Assembly (NCBI GenBank): GCA_963823665.1
Contig: CAWGMQ010000006.1
Location: 1,504,001-1,568,000 of the forward strand
Length of the DNA stretch: 64,000 nucleotides
Direction of reading: 5' to 3'
Origin: an uncultured Planctomycetota bacterium
Lineage (GTDB): Bacteria; Planctomycetota; Planctomycetia; Isosphaerales; Isosphaeraceae
The translations under genes and the position numbers were made by a program. The first letter of the stretch is position 1. Each line of letters begins with the position of its first letter. Below, in pieces: positions 1-10,927 of this stretch. Under the pieces are notes generated by a model that had not been told where the DNA came from, did no database searches, and was given only the letters and a program-made list of their open reading frames with translations.

Positions 1-2
1 CC

Positions 3-497
3 GGCTCGCTCTCCCGGGTGCACTCCAGGTTCCAGACCCCGGCCAACGCCATTCTGGCGCAGGGAATCTGGTCCATTCTGCTCACGATTGCGGGCACGGT
101 TTTGATCCTTGTGCCCCCTCCAGATTCCCCGGACGGGCTCGCCGGTCCGCTCGAGGTGGCCTGGAAGCGGCTGAACCAGACGCCGCTTTACGACTTGCTG
201 TACACTTACGTGATCTTCGGCGCCAATCTTTTCTACATGCTGGCGATCAGCAGTGTGTTCGTGCTTCGCATTCGTCGTCCCGAGCTGCCGCGCCCCTATC
301 GCACCGTGGGCTATCCCGTGACGCCGCTACTCTACGTGGCCGGCGGTATGGTGCTCTTGGGCAGCATGCTCCTCGACCACGCCAGCCGCGTGCAGTCCCT
401 GGTGGGCATCGGAATCATCCTCCTGGGCGTTCCAGCCTACTGGATCTTCCGGCGAGCCAACCGCGGTGACGAGTTGCTTGAGGCGGATATCCACTGA
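3..497 (+). CDS. APC-family amino acid permease, C-terminal part (truncated by window start)
   Basis: Hydrophobic TM segments with HSRFQTPANAIL and LRIRRPELPRPYRTVGYPVTPLLY, typical of APC permease C-termini. Confidence 0.85.
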   Translation, partial: GSLSRVHSRFQTPANAILAQGIWSILLTIAGTVLILVPPPDSPDGLAGPLEVAWKRLNQTPLYDLLYTYVIFGANLFYMLAISSVFVLRIRRPELPRPYRTVGYPVTPLLYVAGGMVLLGSMLLDHASRVQSLVGIGIILLGVPAYWIFRRANRGDELLEADIH

Positions 498-517
498 GCC
501 CATATGGCGGCTACGTC

Positions 518-575
518 TTCTTGCTCTTACTCGTACTCTTACTCATACTCTTTCTCGTAGTCCCACTCCTATTCA
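518..575. repeat. Degenerate hexanucleotide microsatellite (TACTCG/TACTCT-like)
   Basis: ttgctcttactcgtactcttactcatactctttctcgtagtc in the intergenic region. Confidence 0.5.
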
Positions 576-593
576 TCTCAATTCAACTGAAAT

Positions 594-623
594 GGCGGAC
601 GACACACGGAGTGTGCCTGCTAC
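594..623 (-). repeat. GTAG-type REP element; second copy near 4627-4655
   Basis: Minus strand reads GTAGCAGGCACACTCCGTGTGTCGTCCGCC; 4627 reads GTAGCAGGGACACTCCGTGTGCCGCCCGCC. Confidence 0.6.
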
Positions 624-629
624 GGAATC

Positions 630-835
630 CTAAGGCTTCGTCGCCCTCTCATCCAGCACGGGCGTCCCGCCTGATTCCTTGATCAACTTGGCCAGATCAT
701 CGTTCTCGCCGTCTTTCGTCAAATCCTGGTCCTTCTTCGCCAGCATGATGAGACCGATGCACATCTCGGCAGTGGTTGCTTCACCCCAGCGCACGACTTT
801 GGGCGGTGAATTCGGGTTCCTCGGATTCCCGGCTG
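630..835 (-). pseudogene. C-terminal remnant of a cytochrome c/Cu-monooxygenase-like protein
   Basis: GNPRNPNSPPKVVRWGEATTAEMCIG matches KNPKNPSKPPVEVRWGEQTTDEMCIG in the gene at 39034; no N-terminal part is present. Confidence 0.65.
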
Positions 836-1139
836 TGCACCTGCACGACGATATCGGCCTTCTTCCGCAACGAACTGCCGATACCGCCGTTCGTAAGCGA
901 ATGTGGTGTCCGACGCACACGATAGCACCCCGTTTGTTGTAACCAAGGGTTCGCGACCCGGCTCTCTTTAGTGTGGAGTATTATCGCGACTGCAAGCAGA
1001 GCGCGAATCTCCGCCCATCTCGCAAGGTTTTTCGACGTCCTCGGCACCTCATTGGCGAGCAAATGAGCCCGGCATTTACGACAGCTCGCAAGAGCTGGTC
1101 GGGTACGGGTTTACCACCGATTGTTCAGGGAGAAGCAGC

Positions 1140-2324
1140 ATGTTTCACAGCCTTCATTCATCGCGCCGCCGTCAGATGCACCCGTCCTTGCACACGCTCG
1201 AGGAACGCACGCTGCTGAATGCCGCGATGCCGCGACCTCCTGACGGTATGGCGGATCGAGCGGAAGTTTTTGACGCGAAGCCCAAACACCCGTTGCCGCC
1301 CCTTGTGCCGCTTCTTCCGGCATCACCATCGCTCAAATTGACCACGGTCCCCGCGAGTGGCGATGTGAACCCCTATGGATTGGCGGTCGTGCCCAAGGGC
1401 CGGTCGGGTGGTACGCTGGTCCCGGGTGAATACCTCGTTGCGAACTTCAACGACTCCCTGAATGTTCAGGGAACGGGGACTTCGATCGTGGCGATCAACC
1501 CGAGCGCGCCGTCGTCGCCCGCGACGGTCTTCTACAACTCGACTGCGAAGGGGATGACGGAAGCGTTCAACGTGGTGCGGCTCGACGGTGCCGATTTTGT
1601 GATCGCCGGCAATGTCCCCACCACCGACGGAACGTTCGGCACGATCGGAGCTGGCTCACTCCAGATCATCAACGCCAAGGGCCAGCTTGTGCAAACACTG
1701 ACGGATTCGACGCTGCTTGACGGACCGTGGGCCTCGGCAGTGAATGTGCAGGGTGACACGGCGCAGTTGTTCGTCTCCAACGTCCTGAGCGGCACGATCA
1801 CGCGCATCGACCTGAAGGGCGTGAAGAAGCATGGTCAGGTCAGCGTGAAGGTCGAGAGCATGACGCAGATCGCCTCGGGCTACACCGTGGCAGCAAACGC
1901 GGCGGCGGTCGTCGTCGGCCCTGGCGGCCTGGTATATGACGCGAAAAACAAGACGCTTTACGTGGCCGCGACCGGCAACAACGAGATTTTCTCCGTGCCA
2001 AACGCAGCCAGGACGCGCGTGGACAACGGGAAAGGCGGCTTGATCTATCAGGATCCGGCACATCTTCGCGGTCCAATCGGACTGGCACTTGCGCCCAACG
2101 GCGATTTACTTGCGACCAACGATGATGCCGTCAACGGCAATCCCAGCTTCCCGAGCGAGCTAGTCGAGTTCACGGCGACCGGCCAGTTCGTCAGCCAGCT
2201 CTCTCTCGACCCTGCCCAGGGGGCTGCTTTCCAGATTCTGGTGCAGGTGAGCGGTAAGACAGCCACACTCGTGTCGGTCAATGACGACACGAATACGCTG
2301 GATTTCCGGACGGCTACTTTGTGA
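1140..2324 (+). CDS. Secreted NHL/beta-propeller-like protein with planctomycete LE.R.LL leader
   Basis: RRR...LEERTLL leader; repeats NPYGLAVVP, GPWASAVN, GPGGLVYD, GPIGLALAPNGDL. Confidence 0.75.
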   Translation: MFHSLHSSRRRQMHPSLHTLEERTLLNAAMPRPPDGMADRAEVFDAKPKHPLPPLVPLLPASPSLKLTTVPASGDVNPYGLAVVPKGRSGGTLVPGEYLVANFNDSLNVQGTGTSIVAINPSAPSSPATVFYNSTAKGMTEAFNVVRLDGADFVIAGNVPTTDGTFGTIGAGSLQIINAKGQLVQTLTDSTLLDGPWASAVNVQGDTAQLFVSNVLSGTITRIDLKGVKKHGQVSVKVESMTQIASGYTVAANAAAVVVGPGGLVYDAKNKTLYVAATGNNEIFSVPNAARTRVDNGKGGLIYQDPAHLRGPIGLALAPNGDLLATNDDAVNGNPSFPSELVEFTATGQFVSQLSLDPAQGAAFQILVQVSGKTATLVSVNDDTNTLDFRTATL

Positions 2325-2371
2325 TCGATCGGCAACGCTCATCGATCCCATGGCGAGAGTCATTGCGCGAG

Positions 2372-2675
2372 CCCTTGTTCCGACGCGGAGCGTCGGAACA
2401 AGGGGAGAAGCGGAGACGCAGAGCGTCGGAACAAGGCCGCTTGAGCGAATCGTCGTTAATTCCTCGTACCGACGCTCCGCGTCGGAACGAACGTTTTCCA
2501 CGCTCTGCGTGTTCCCCTTCGTTCGCATGCCTCGCGTGTTCCTTCTCGTACCGACGCTCCGCGTCGGAACGAACGTTTTCCACGCTCTGCGTGTTCCCCT
2601 TCGTTCGCATGCCTCGCGTGTTCCTTCTCGTACCGACGCTCCGCGTCGGAACGGTCGTCTTTCATGCTCTGCGTG
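2372..2675. repeat. REP cluster (CGTC-type hairpins) including an 82-bp tandem repeat
   Basis: Perfect hairpin CCCTTGTTCCGACGC-GGA-GCGTCGGAACAAGGG at 2372-2404; 82-bp units start at 2463 and 2545, partial third at 2627. Confidence 0.9.
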
Positions 2676-2692
2676 CCCGCGAAGAGCGGCCG

Positions 2693-3229
2693 TCACATCC
2701 AGTCGACGATCACCGGCACGAGCGCAGGCAGCTTTGCGTAGTTCCGCGCGCTCGAATACCGCCAGTGAACCGGATCGTCAACGTAGCCACGCCTCACCGG
2801 ATTATTGTGGATGTATTCCAATTTCTGCCACATCGTGGCTTCGTCTGCGATCATCTTCGGGTGGCTTCCTTCTTGCCAGAGCTGATGCTCTCGATTTGTC
2901 TTGTGCGGCAGCTTGAAATGTCGCAGGATGTCGAGAGTCAATGTGCTGCCCGTTTCCTGCAAGCGGTCAATGATGCGACGTGCTGAATACGACTTGAAAT
3001 CCCCGACTTCTTTCGAGAGGTCTTCGCCCGTCGCGATCAGATGCAGGTGATTCTCCAGTATCACATATCCCAGCAGGTGCATTCGGTCACGATCGTGGAG
3101 GAATCGCCACGAGTCGAGCACAATTTCAACCAGGTCCGTTCGCGTGAAGACCGGTTGCCAGCCCACGATCGTGCAGGTGACGAAGTGCGGGTAGCCCGAC
3201 TCGCCGAACTTGTAGCGAGAACGACTCAT
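2693..3229 (-). CDS. REP-associated tyrosine transposase (RAYT, HUH/Y1 family)
   Basis: HFVTCT, HUH motif ENHLHL, DFKSYSA, LWQEG, YIHNNPVRRG, WRYSSA; REP arrays on both sides. Confidence 0.92.
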   Translation of the reverse strand: MSRSRYKFGESGYPHFVTCTIVGWQPVFTRTDLVEIVLDSWRFLHDRDRMHLLGYVILENHLHLIATGEDLSKEVGDFKSYSARRIIDRLQETGSTLTLDILRHFKLPHKTNREHQLWQEGSHPKMIADEATMWQKLEYIHNNPVRRGYVDDPVHWRYSSARNYAKLPALVPVIVDWM

Positions 3230-3427
3230 GTTCACATTCCTCAATGGCCTTCATTGAAGTTCTGTCGAAGCCCTGCTCTGTGTAGCGTGTTTTTGACCGG
3301 GCGGGTAGCGCGCAGGAAAAATGCAGAAGATGGTCCGACACACTGGTATACCACAAGTCGAGTGCGGGGGACGATGAACAGCACGCTGTCTTTCGGTATG
3401 TACGGTGCCGAGCACTGCTTGTGCGGG

Positions 3428-3602
3428 GACGCAGAGCGTCAAGAGCGGTGTTCCGACGCGGAGCGTCGGAACAAGGGGAGAGCGGAGACGCAGAGCGTCA
3501 AGAGGTGTGTTCCGACGCGGAGCGTCGGAACAAGGTCGTGTGAGCGACTGCTCCTCGTTCCGACGCTCTGCGTCGGAACGGCCGTATTCCACGCTCTGCG
3601 TG
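3428..3602. repeat. REP cluster upstream of the RAYT gene
   Basis: GACGCAGAGCGTC and GTTCCGACGCGGAGCGTCGGAAC hairpins repeated, last copy inverted. Confidence 0.9.
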
Positions 3603-3642
3603 GTCCGCACCGATCGGAGGGGTGCCGGGCAGCCCTGGCTAC

Positions 3643-4497
3643 TCAATCGATCGCCGCTTTACCCACAGCGCGCCAACCCGCCACGATGGCCGCGATCAAG
3701 TGCCCGAGCTTGGGGTGGGGCGGCTCGATATCGACCGGCAGGCCGTGTAAACGCAGCGTTTCCGACGTCGTCGGCCCGATTGAGCCCACCACTGTGTGTT
3801 TCTCCATCGCGGCACGGATATCGGCCTCGCGACCCTCGAGGGCGGCGATCGAAAGGAGATGCTCGATTTGCTGGGATGATGTGAACAGGGCGATTCCAAC
3901 CCGGCCCATCGCAAGCTCGACGATCGCTTTTCGCAGCGGCTCGAGATCTTCGGGTAGCGCCCAGCGATAGACTCGCACTTGCGTGACGGCCGCCCCGCGC
4001 AGCACCAAGCCTTCGACCAGCTCGGCGTTCGGAGCACCGTATTCCTGCACCGCAACCCGCAAGCCCTCGACCGGCAGTTGCTGATCGAGCAGACCGAGCG
4101 TCTCGTGCCAGGTATTCGGAGAAGGCACTTGGAAGTCCACTCGCGCACCCAGCTCGCGCAGGGCGGCGGTCGGCTTGGGCCCGCGCGCGACGACCCGCGT
4201 TTTTTCGAGCGCGCCAATCCAGCTCTCCCGCGGCATCCGGGTCTCGATCGCTTGCGCCAGGTAACGCACACCGGCGCCGGTCTCGAAGATAACGACGTCG
4301 AACCCGCCCACCGAGAGCGTCTGGGCGAACGCCGTGACCTCAGGGCTTTCACCCAGCGGAATCTCCCGTAGTGCGGGGGCGGCCAGCACAACGCCGCCGT
4401 TCCGGGCGATCATGTCCGCCACGGTCCCCGCCATTCGTGCTTCAAAGACGGCCACCCGCACGCCGGCCAGCGAGGGTGATTCGGACGGATTTGTCAT
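3643..4497 (-). CDS. hemD: Uroporphyrinogen-III synthase
   Basis: AVFEARM, APALRE, FETGAG, VARGPKP, VAVQEYG, VYRWALP, FTSSQQ, GSIGPTTS. Confidence 0.88.
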   Translation of the reverse strand: MTNPSESPSLAGVRVAVFEARMAGTVADMIARNGGVVLAAPALREIPLGESPEVTAFAQTLSVGGFDVVIFETGAGVRYLAQAIETRMPRESWIGALEKTRVVARGPKPTAALRELGARVDFQVPSPNTWHETLGLLDQQLPVEGLRVAVQEYGAPNAELVEGLVLRGAAVTQVRVYRWALPEDLEPLRKAIVELAMGRVGIALFTSSQQIEHLLSIAALEGREADIRAAMEKHTVVGSIGPTTSETLRLHGLPVDIEPPHPKLGHLIAAIVAGWRAVGKAAID

Positions 4498-4533
4498 GAT
4501 CAGTTCCTTGAATCTCGCTGGGTATCTTCATTG

Positions 4534-4657
4534 CCTCGGCCGAAAACGCCCTTTCGCGGAGCGAAAGGCGACCATTTTCACCGCCTCGGCCGAATACGCA
4601 CTTTCGCGGAGCAAAAGGCGACCATTGTAGCAGGGACACTCCGTGTGCCGCCCGCCT
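4534..4657. repeat. REP-like tandem pair plus GTAG REP
   Basis: Two copies of CCTCGGCCGAA.ACGC.CTTTCGCGGAGC.AAAGGCGACCATT followed by GTAGCAGGGACACTCCGTGTGCC. Confidence 0.7.
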
Positions 4658-4830
4658 TCCGCACAGGGAGGCGCGTTTATTCTAGCCTCTCACCCAGCTC
4701 GGCGGCGCTTTCTGATGACATCGATTCTTCGGCGCTACGGCTATCCGTCGCGTTTCCTGGTACGATCTCGAAAAGCTCGCCGCGGGCTGGGCCGCTAAGC
4801 GTGACTCTTACTCGATGGAAGGGAAACAAC

Positions 4831-5169
4831 GTGTTCGTTACGACGACATTCACGATCGAAGGCCACCAGATCGTCGAGTACAAGGGAGTCGTGCGCGGGA
4901 TCATCGTCCGCGCACCCACGATCACGCAAGGGATTATCGGCGGATTGAAGAGTATCATTGGCGGACAAATCGGTGCTTACGCCACGATGTGCGAGCAAGC
5001 GCGTCAGCAGGCGTATGATCTCTTGCTGGAACACGCCCAGGAAGTGGGAGCGAATGCGGTAGTCGGGCTGCGATATGAGAGTTCCGAGGTTGGAGGCAAG
5101 GCGGCCGCGGCGACGGAGGTGCTGTGTTACGGCACGGCGGTGGTGGTGCGTCCCAGCCGGGCGGTCTGA
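4831..5169 (+). CDS. YbjQ/UPF0145 family protein
   Basis: TTTFTIEGHQIVEYKGVVRG, GGLKSIIGG, GANAVVGLRY, EVLCYGTAV. Confidence 0.9.
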   Translation: MFVTTTFTIEGHQIVEYKGVVRGIIVRAPTITQGIIGGLKSIIGGQIGAYATMCEQARQQAYDLLLEHAQEVGANAVVGLRYESSEVGGKAAAATEVLCYGTAVVVRPSRAV

Positions 5170-5197
5170 CCGAAACTCACGCGTTGGTGCACGCGAC

Positions 5198-5815
5198 ATG
5201 CTCGACAACCTTGAGGAGGTCGATTGGAGCTCGCTCAAGCACGCACACGGCGTGGCCGCTGACGTGCCTGGGCTGCTTCGATCTTTAGCCTCGAGCGAAC
5301 CGAAGGTGCGCGAGGAGTCGATCTACGAGCTCTTCGGCAACATCTGGCACCAGGGCACCGTTTACCCGGCGACTGCCGCTGCTGTGCCGTTCCTCTACGC
5401 GTTGCTCACCGCTCCCGATGTGGAAGACAAGCCAAGCATTGCGCATCTACTCGCCTGCATCGCGGATGGTTCGGGTTATCTCGAGGTGCACGCCGCGATC
5501 GAACTCGGCGGCGTGACCTGGCGCAAGATCCTTAGCGACCAGGGCAGGTCGCTCGACGATGAGCTTGCCCGTGAGGCTGCGGAGATTCAGTCAGTCCGTC
5601 GGGCAGCGTCTTCTGGATTGCGCCATTTGCTGCCGTATCTCGTTGACGCGGAGAACGAAATTCGACGATCCATCGCGACTGCGCTCGGCAATTATCTTGC
5701 ACATTCAGGCTGGTCGTTACCGGCGATCGAGGCCGCTGTCGAGTCGGAGCAGGATGAAGAGGTCGTGGACGCTCTTGCGGAGAGCTTCACGCGCCTTTCC
5801 GGCCACCGCGCGTGA
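5198..5815 (+). CDS. HEAT-repeat-like protein
   Basis: VDWSSLKHAHGVAADVPGLL...NIWHQGTVYPATAAAVPFL; helical repeats. Confidence 0.7.
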   Translation: MLDNLEEVDWSSLKHAHGVAADVPGLLRSLASSEPKVREESIYELFGNIWHQGTVYPATAAAVPFLYALLTAPDVEDKPSIAHLLACIADGSGYLEVHAAIELGGVTWRKILSDQGRSLDDELAREAAEIQSVRRAASSGLRHLLPYLVDAENEIRRSIATALGNYLAHSGWSLPAIEAAVESEQDEEVVDALAESFTRLSGHRA

Positions 5816-5902
5816 TGTTCGCTCGTCGGGCTCGGGTCGCTCGGTGTGTCGACGGGCGAACCGACTGGAGTTCGATACGTGAATCCTGGGGCGGTTCGAA
5901 AC

Positions 5903-6368
5903 ATGACGCCACAGGAAGCAATCACCATCTGCCGGACGGCATGTCACCGAAAGCGCACGCTGGCCCGCGCCGCTCATCGCCTACCTCGATGATCCGGCAA
6001 ATGTCGGGCGCGGGTTCGACTGGGTTTGTGGTTGTGTCGCGGAGCTTCTCAGGTTTTACGGCAGGGCGACGCCTGAAATCATCGAAGCGCTATCCTTGGC
6101 TCGCCGGCACGCTGACCACGGTGGCGAACTGGAACGAATCGATCGAACGGCCTGGGTTTTCTGGGCCCGGCGCTCGATGGAAGACCCGGTGTTCACGGCC
6201 GTTGCCCAACTCCTGTTTGCACTCTCTCGGGGCGACCGCTCTGATCGTAATGGGTTCGCAGGTGCCTGCGCGACACCGATCTGCCTGCTGGAACGGCTAG
6301 AGTCTTGCAGCGGGGAAGTGCTGGATCGGGTCGTTGCGCATTTCTCGAGGTATGTTGGCGGGCGGTAA
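5903..6368 (+). CDS. Hypothetical protein, about 155 aa, apparent frameshift near 5965
   Basis: MTPQEAITICR.. joins an open frame APLIAYLDDPANVGRGFDW...RYVGGR; function unknown. Confidence 0.4.
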
Positions 6369-6615
6369 GCGGAGTTGTCGCGTTAGGGGCTTGACCCCTT
6401 CTGAATCAAGAACACGAACTCTGTGGTCAGCAGTGACGGCTAGGCGCGGCCGGTCGGAATTGCCAGATAGGATTCGGCGGTCGATCGCTCTGTGCGATCG
6501 GGCTTGCGCCCGAGGTTGGCGGACATTCGTCTCGTCCGAACCACGCACTCACGTGCGTGGTCACTGATCTCAATCTTCCGGCAGCCCCGCCTACGTGCGC
6601 GGTCACCGATCTCGA

Positions 6616-7858
6616 TCATTCGGCGGCACCGCCCGGCGCCAGCGAAACCCGCTCGAGCGCCATCCCGCTTCGTCCGATGAAGACGCCCTCCCACGCCCGG
6701 CTTGCGTGAGCCAGCGCCAGGGCACCGCCGAAGCCGCCGGCGATCGCGAAGACGAAGAAGCCGGCACCAAAGCTGCCGGTCATCTGCTTGACGCTTCCCA
6801 GAAGGTTCGGCAGCAAGAACCCGCCCAGGCCGCCGGCGGCGCCGATGACGCCCGTGGCCACCCCGATCTCGCTGGGAAATCGGTTCGGAACGAGCTGAAA
6901 CACGGCGCCGTTGCCCATGCCCAGAAGGCCCATCACCGCAAACAGCAAGAGCGTTGCCACGCCGAGAATCGGCAGCGTCGACACGGCGAGCACGGCGAAG
7001 CCGACAGAAATGTAGAGCAACGTCAGCATCCGCACTCCGCCCAGCCGGTCGGCAAGATAGCCGCCGACTGGTCGCAGGAACGAGCCGGCGAGCACACACA
7101 GCGTGGTGAAACCGCCGGCCTGCACCTTGGTCAGCCCATACTGGCTCAGGAAGAAGACGTTCAGAAAACTGGCCAGGCCGACAAACCCGCCGAACGTGAT
7201 CGAATAGAACAGGCAGAACCACCAGGTGTCACGCATCCGCAGCACGCCGGCGTAATCCGCCAGCGAGCGATGGCGCTCCCTGATTCGGACTGTCCCTGGC
7301 AAGAAAGACGAAGAGCAAGAGCGTCGCGACGAGCGGCACGAGCGCCAGGCCGAAGACAGTGTGCCAGCCCCAGATCTCCGCGAGCCGCGGTCCAACCAAG
7401 GTCGCCAGGGCCGTTCCGCTATTGCCGGCGCCGGCGATTCCCATCGCCAGCCCCTGATACCTCGGCGGATACCAGCGGCTGGCCAGCGGGAGCGCTGCCG
7501 CGAAGCTGGCCCCGGAGACGCCCAGCAGCAGGCCGACGAGGAGCATCTGGCCAAAACTGCCTGCCCATAACCAGCCCAGGAGGAGCGGAAGCGTCGTCAA
7601 GCACATTCCCAGAATGCCGGTGCGCCTGGCGCCCAAGTGATCCGCCAGAAGCCCCAGCACCAGCCGCAGCAGGGCGCCGCCTAAGAGCGGCACGGCCACC
7701 AGGAGCCCTTTCTGAGAGTCCGAGAGACCGAACTCCGGAACGATGAAGTTCGCCAGCGCTCCCGGGAGGATCCAGACCATGAAGCTGATATCAAAATAAA
7801 GGAATGCGCTGAACAACGTGGGCAGATGGCCGGCGCGGCGGAAGTCGCGAAAATCCAT
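6616..7858 (-). CDS. narK: MFS nitrate/nitrite transporter (NarK/NasA family), frameshift near 7265
   Basis: PTLFSAFLYFDISFMVW, GIAGAGNSG, YSITFGGFVG, GMGNGAVFQLVP, GAAGGLGGF. Confidence 0.9.
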
Positions 7859-7902
7859 AAACAAATCCTGGAAAATCAGATCAAATCAAATCAGGAAAGA
7901 TG

Positions 7903-10891
7903 TCAGCCGCAGCCGACCGTACATTGTGTCGCACAGGAAACGTCGATTGAATCGAGGCTCGCCACGTCCGCTTCTTCGGGCGCCAGTGCGAGAAAGACCG
8001 TTTCGGCCTCGACCTTGACCGGATAAACCTTGATCTGGTAGCTGTCGCCGCTGGTGCATTCGCCTGATTCGAGTGAAAACGTCTTCTTATGCAGCGGACA
8101 GGCAACCTTGGGCAGACCCTGGGAGTCGCCGATGATGCCGCGCGAAAGCACCATCTCCTGCTTGTGTGGACAGAGGTTCTGGCACGCGTACCACTGGCCG
8201 CGACTGGCGAAGCGAAACACAGCAATCTGTGACCGTCCGCACTTGACCGCGCGGCCGCCGTCGGAGGGGAAGTCGCAAACCCGGCCGACCGGCACCCAGC
8301 GGGCATTCACCGTCTCGTTCATCGCATGGGGCGGTGCGGGCCGCGGCGGTGCCAGTTGCTCGAGCGGAACGAAATCTCTCGGCCAGTCGGCTGGCCGCTG
8401 CTGGCCCCGTTCGGTCACGAACTCGATGCCCGGCTCGGCGAGATCGGTGTTGGCGAACTGCAGTGAAGAACCGCCGCTTCTCGGGGTCATTGACGACCGC
8501 CTTCCATTCGCATTCGTAGCTATCGACGAGCGACTGCAGCTGGCGCTCGAGCTCATGGGCGATCCCCAGCCGGTCGTTGATGATCACGTCCTTCAAGAAT
8601 TCGATTCCGCCTTCCATCTTTTCCAGCCAGACCGACGTGCGGGTGAGCCGATCGGCCGTCTGGATGTAGTACATGAGGAACCGATCGACGTATCTGAGCG
8701 CCGTATCCTCGTCGAGGTCGGCGGCGAGCAGGTCGGCGTGGCGGGGATGAGCGCCGCCGTTGCCGCACACGTAGAGATTCCAGCCCCTCTCGGTGGCGAT
8801 CAGGCCGAAGTCCTTGCTCTGGGCCTCGGCACACTCGCGGACGCAGCCGGAGACCGCCGCCTTGAGCTTGTGCGGCGCCCGGATGCCGCGGTAGCGCGTC
8901 TCGACCCGGATGGCGAATCCGACGGCAGTCCTGCACGCCGTAGCGGCACCAGGTCGAGCCGACGCAGCTCTTGACGGTGCGCACCGCCTTGCCGTAGGCG
9001 TGGCCGCTCTCGAAGCCCGCGGCGACGAGGTCGGCCCAGATATCCGGCAGGCGGTGCACCGGCGCTCCGAACATGTCGATCCGCTGGCCGCCGGTGATCT
9101 TGGTGTAAAGGCCGTATTTCCGGGCGATCTCGCCCAGGGCGATCAGCTTCTCGGGCGTGATCTCGCCGCCCGGGATCCGCGGGACGACCGAGTAGAGCCC
9201 GCCGCGCTGAATGTTGGCGAGGAAGCGATCGTTCGTGTCCTGAAGCGTCGCGAGGTCGCTTTCCAGGAGGTTTTCGTTCCACAGGCTGGCCAGGATCGAC
9301 GCCACGGCCGGCTTGCAGATCTCGCAGCCTTGCCCTTTGCCGTGCTCGGCGATCAGGGCGTCAAACGTTTTGACACTCTTGATCTTGACGATCTGAAACA
9401 GATCCTGGCGGCTGCGGGGGAAGTGCTCGCAGAGGTGGTTGCTGACCGTCTTGCCCATCGCCTTCAGCTCGGCCTTGAGCAGGTCGGCAACCAGCGGCAG
9501 GCACCCGCCGCAGCCGGTGCCGGCCCTGGTGCACGACTTGACTTGGGCGATCGTGGTGAGCTGCTTTGTGCGGATGGCCGTGCGGATCTGGCCTTCACTC
9601 ACGTTGTTGCACGAGCAGACCTGAGCAAGCTCACCGGCGCAGGCTGGTCCGGCAATACCGCCCGCGCGTCCGTGGCCGAGCAGCTCGCCCGGCGCCAGGG
9701 CCAGCGGCCCATCGCTCTTGAAGTGGCCAAGCAGCACGCCATAATCGGACGCGTCGCCGACCAGGATGCCGCCGAGGAGCCGCGTGCCGTCGGCGCTGGA
9801 ACAGCAGCTTTTTGTAGACGCCACGGAACGGGTCATCGTGGACGAGCGCTCGGGCGCCGAAAGCCTCGCCCGAGATGTCGCCGAAGCTGGCGACGTCCAC
9901 TCCCATCAGCTTGAGCTTGGTCGAGGAGTCGGCCCCGGTGAACGCCCGGTCGGCCCCAGCAAGGTTCGCAGCCAGCGACGTCGGCCATCTCGTAGCCGGG
10001 GGCGACCAGGCCGTAGATCATGCCCCGATGCAGGGCGACCTCGCCGATGGCGAAGATGTCCGGATCGCTCGTGCACAGCGAGTCATCGACCACGATGCCG
10101 CCCCGCGGGCCGACCTCGAGCCCGCAGGCTCGGGCCAGCTCGTCGCGCGGCCGGATTCCCGCCGAGATGACGACCATGTCGACCTCGAGCACGCCGCCGT
10201 CGGCGAAAGCCAGGCCCTCCACCTTGCCGTTGCCCAGGAATTCTTCGGTGCTCTTGTTGAGGTGAATCTTCACGCCCAGGCTTTCGATCTTTTCGCGGAG
10301 CGCCCGCGATCCTGCCTCGTCAATCTGGCGGGGCATCAGCCGCGACGCAAACTCGACCACGTGCGTTTCCACGCCAAGGTCGCGCACGGCCTTGGCGGCC
10401 TCGAGCCCAAGCAGGCCGCCGCCCATCACCGCTGCCCGGGTTGCCTTTGGCGAGTAGGCGAGGATCCGCTCCAGATCTTCGATCGTGCGGTAGACGAAAA
10501 TCCCTTCCTTCTCCACACCGGGAACACTCGGAACAAACGGAGCGGAGCCGGTTGCCAGCACGATGGCGTCGTAAGCGACCTCCCTCCCGCAATCGGAAAC
10601 GACCACGCGGCGCTCGCGGTCGATTGCCAGCGCGCGGTCACCGACGTGGAGCGTGATTCCGTTTTCGGCGTACCACTCCAGCCGGGCGAGCTGCAGGTGG
10701 CCGGCGTCGCGATGCTCGAAGTACTTCGTCAGATTCACCCGGTCGTACGCCGGGCGAGGCTCCTCGCAGAAGGTCACCATCTGGAGGCTGCGATCGACGT
10801 CGTATTCCACGAGCCGCTCGCAGAATCGATGGCCCACCATCCCGTTGCCGATCACCACGACACTCTTCCGCTCACGGTTCGGCGCGATCAT
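7903..10891 (-). CDS. nirB: NADH-dependent siroheme nitrite reductase NirB fused to a NirD Rieske domain; several apparent frameshifts (~9975, ~9810, ~8930, ~8465)
   Basis: [66 protein letters not shown], then in-frame CPHK...ACPLHKKTF. Confidence 0.9.
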
Positions 10892-10927
10892 CTGGTGCGG
10901 CTCCTCTGCGTGTTTCGCGAATTGTTG

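Noticed and set aside
2463..2653. Possible CRISPR array (palindromic repeats at regular spacing)
   Set aside because: The spacers are identical (82-bp tandem units), there are no cas genes, and the adjacent RAYT explains them as REPs.
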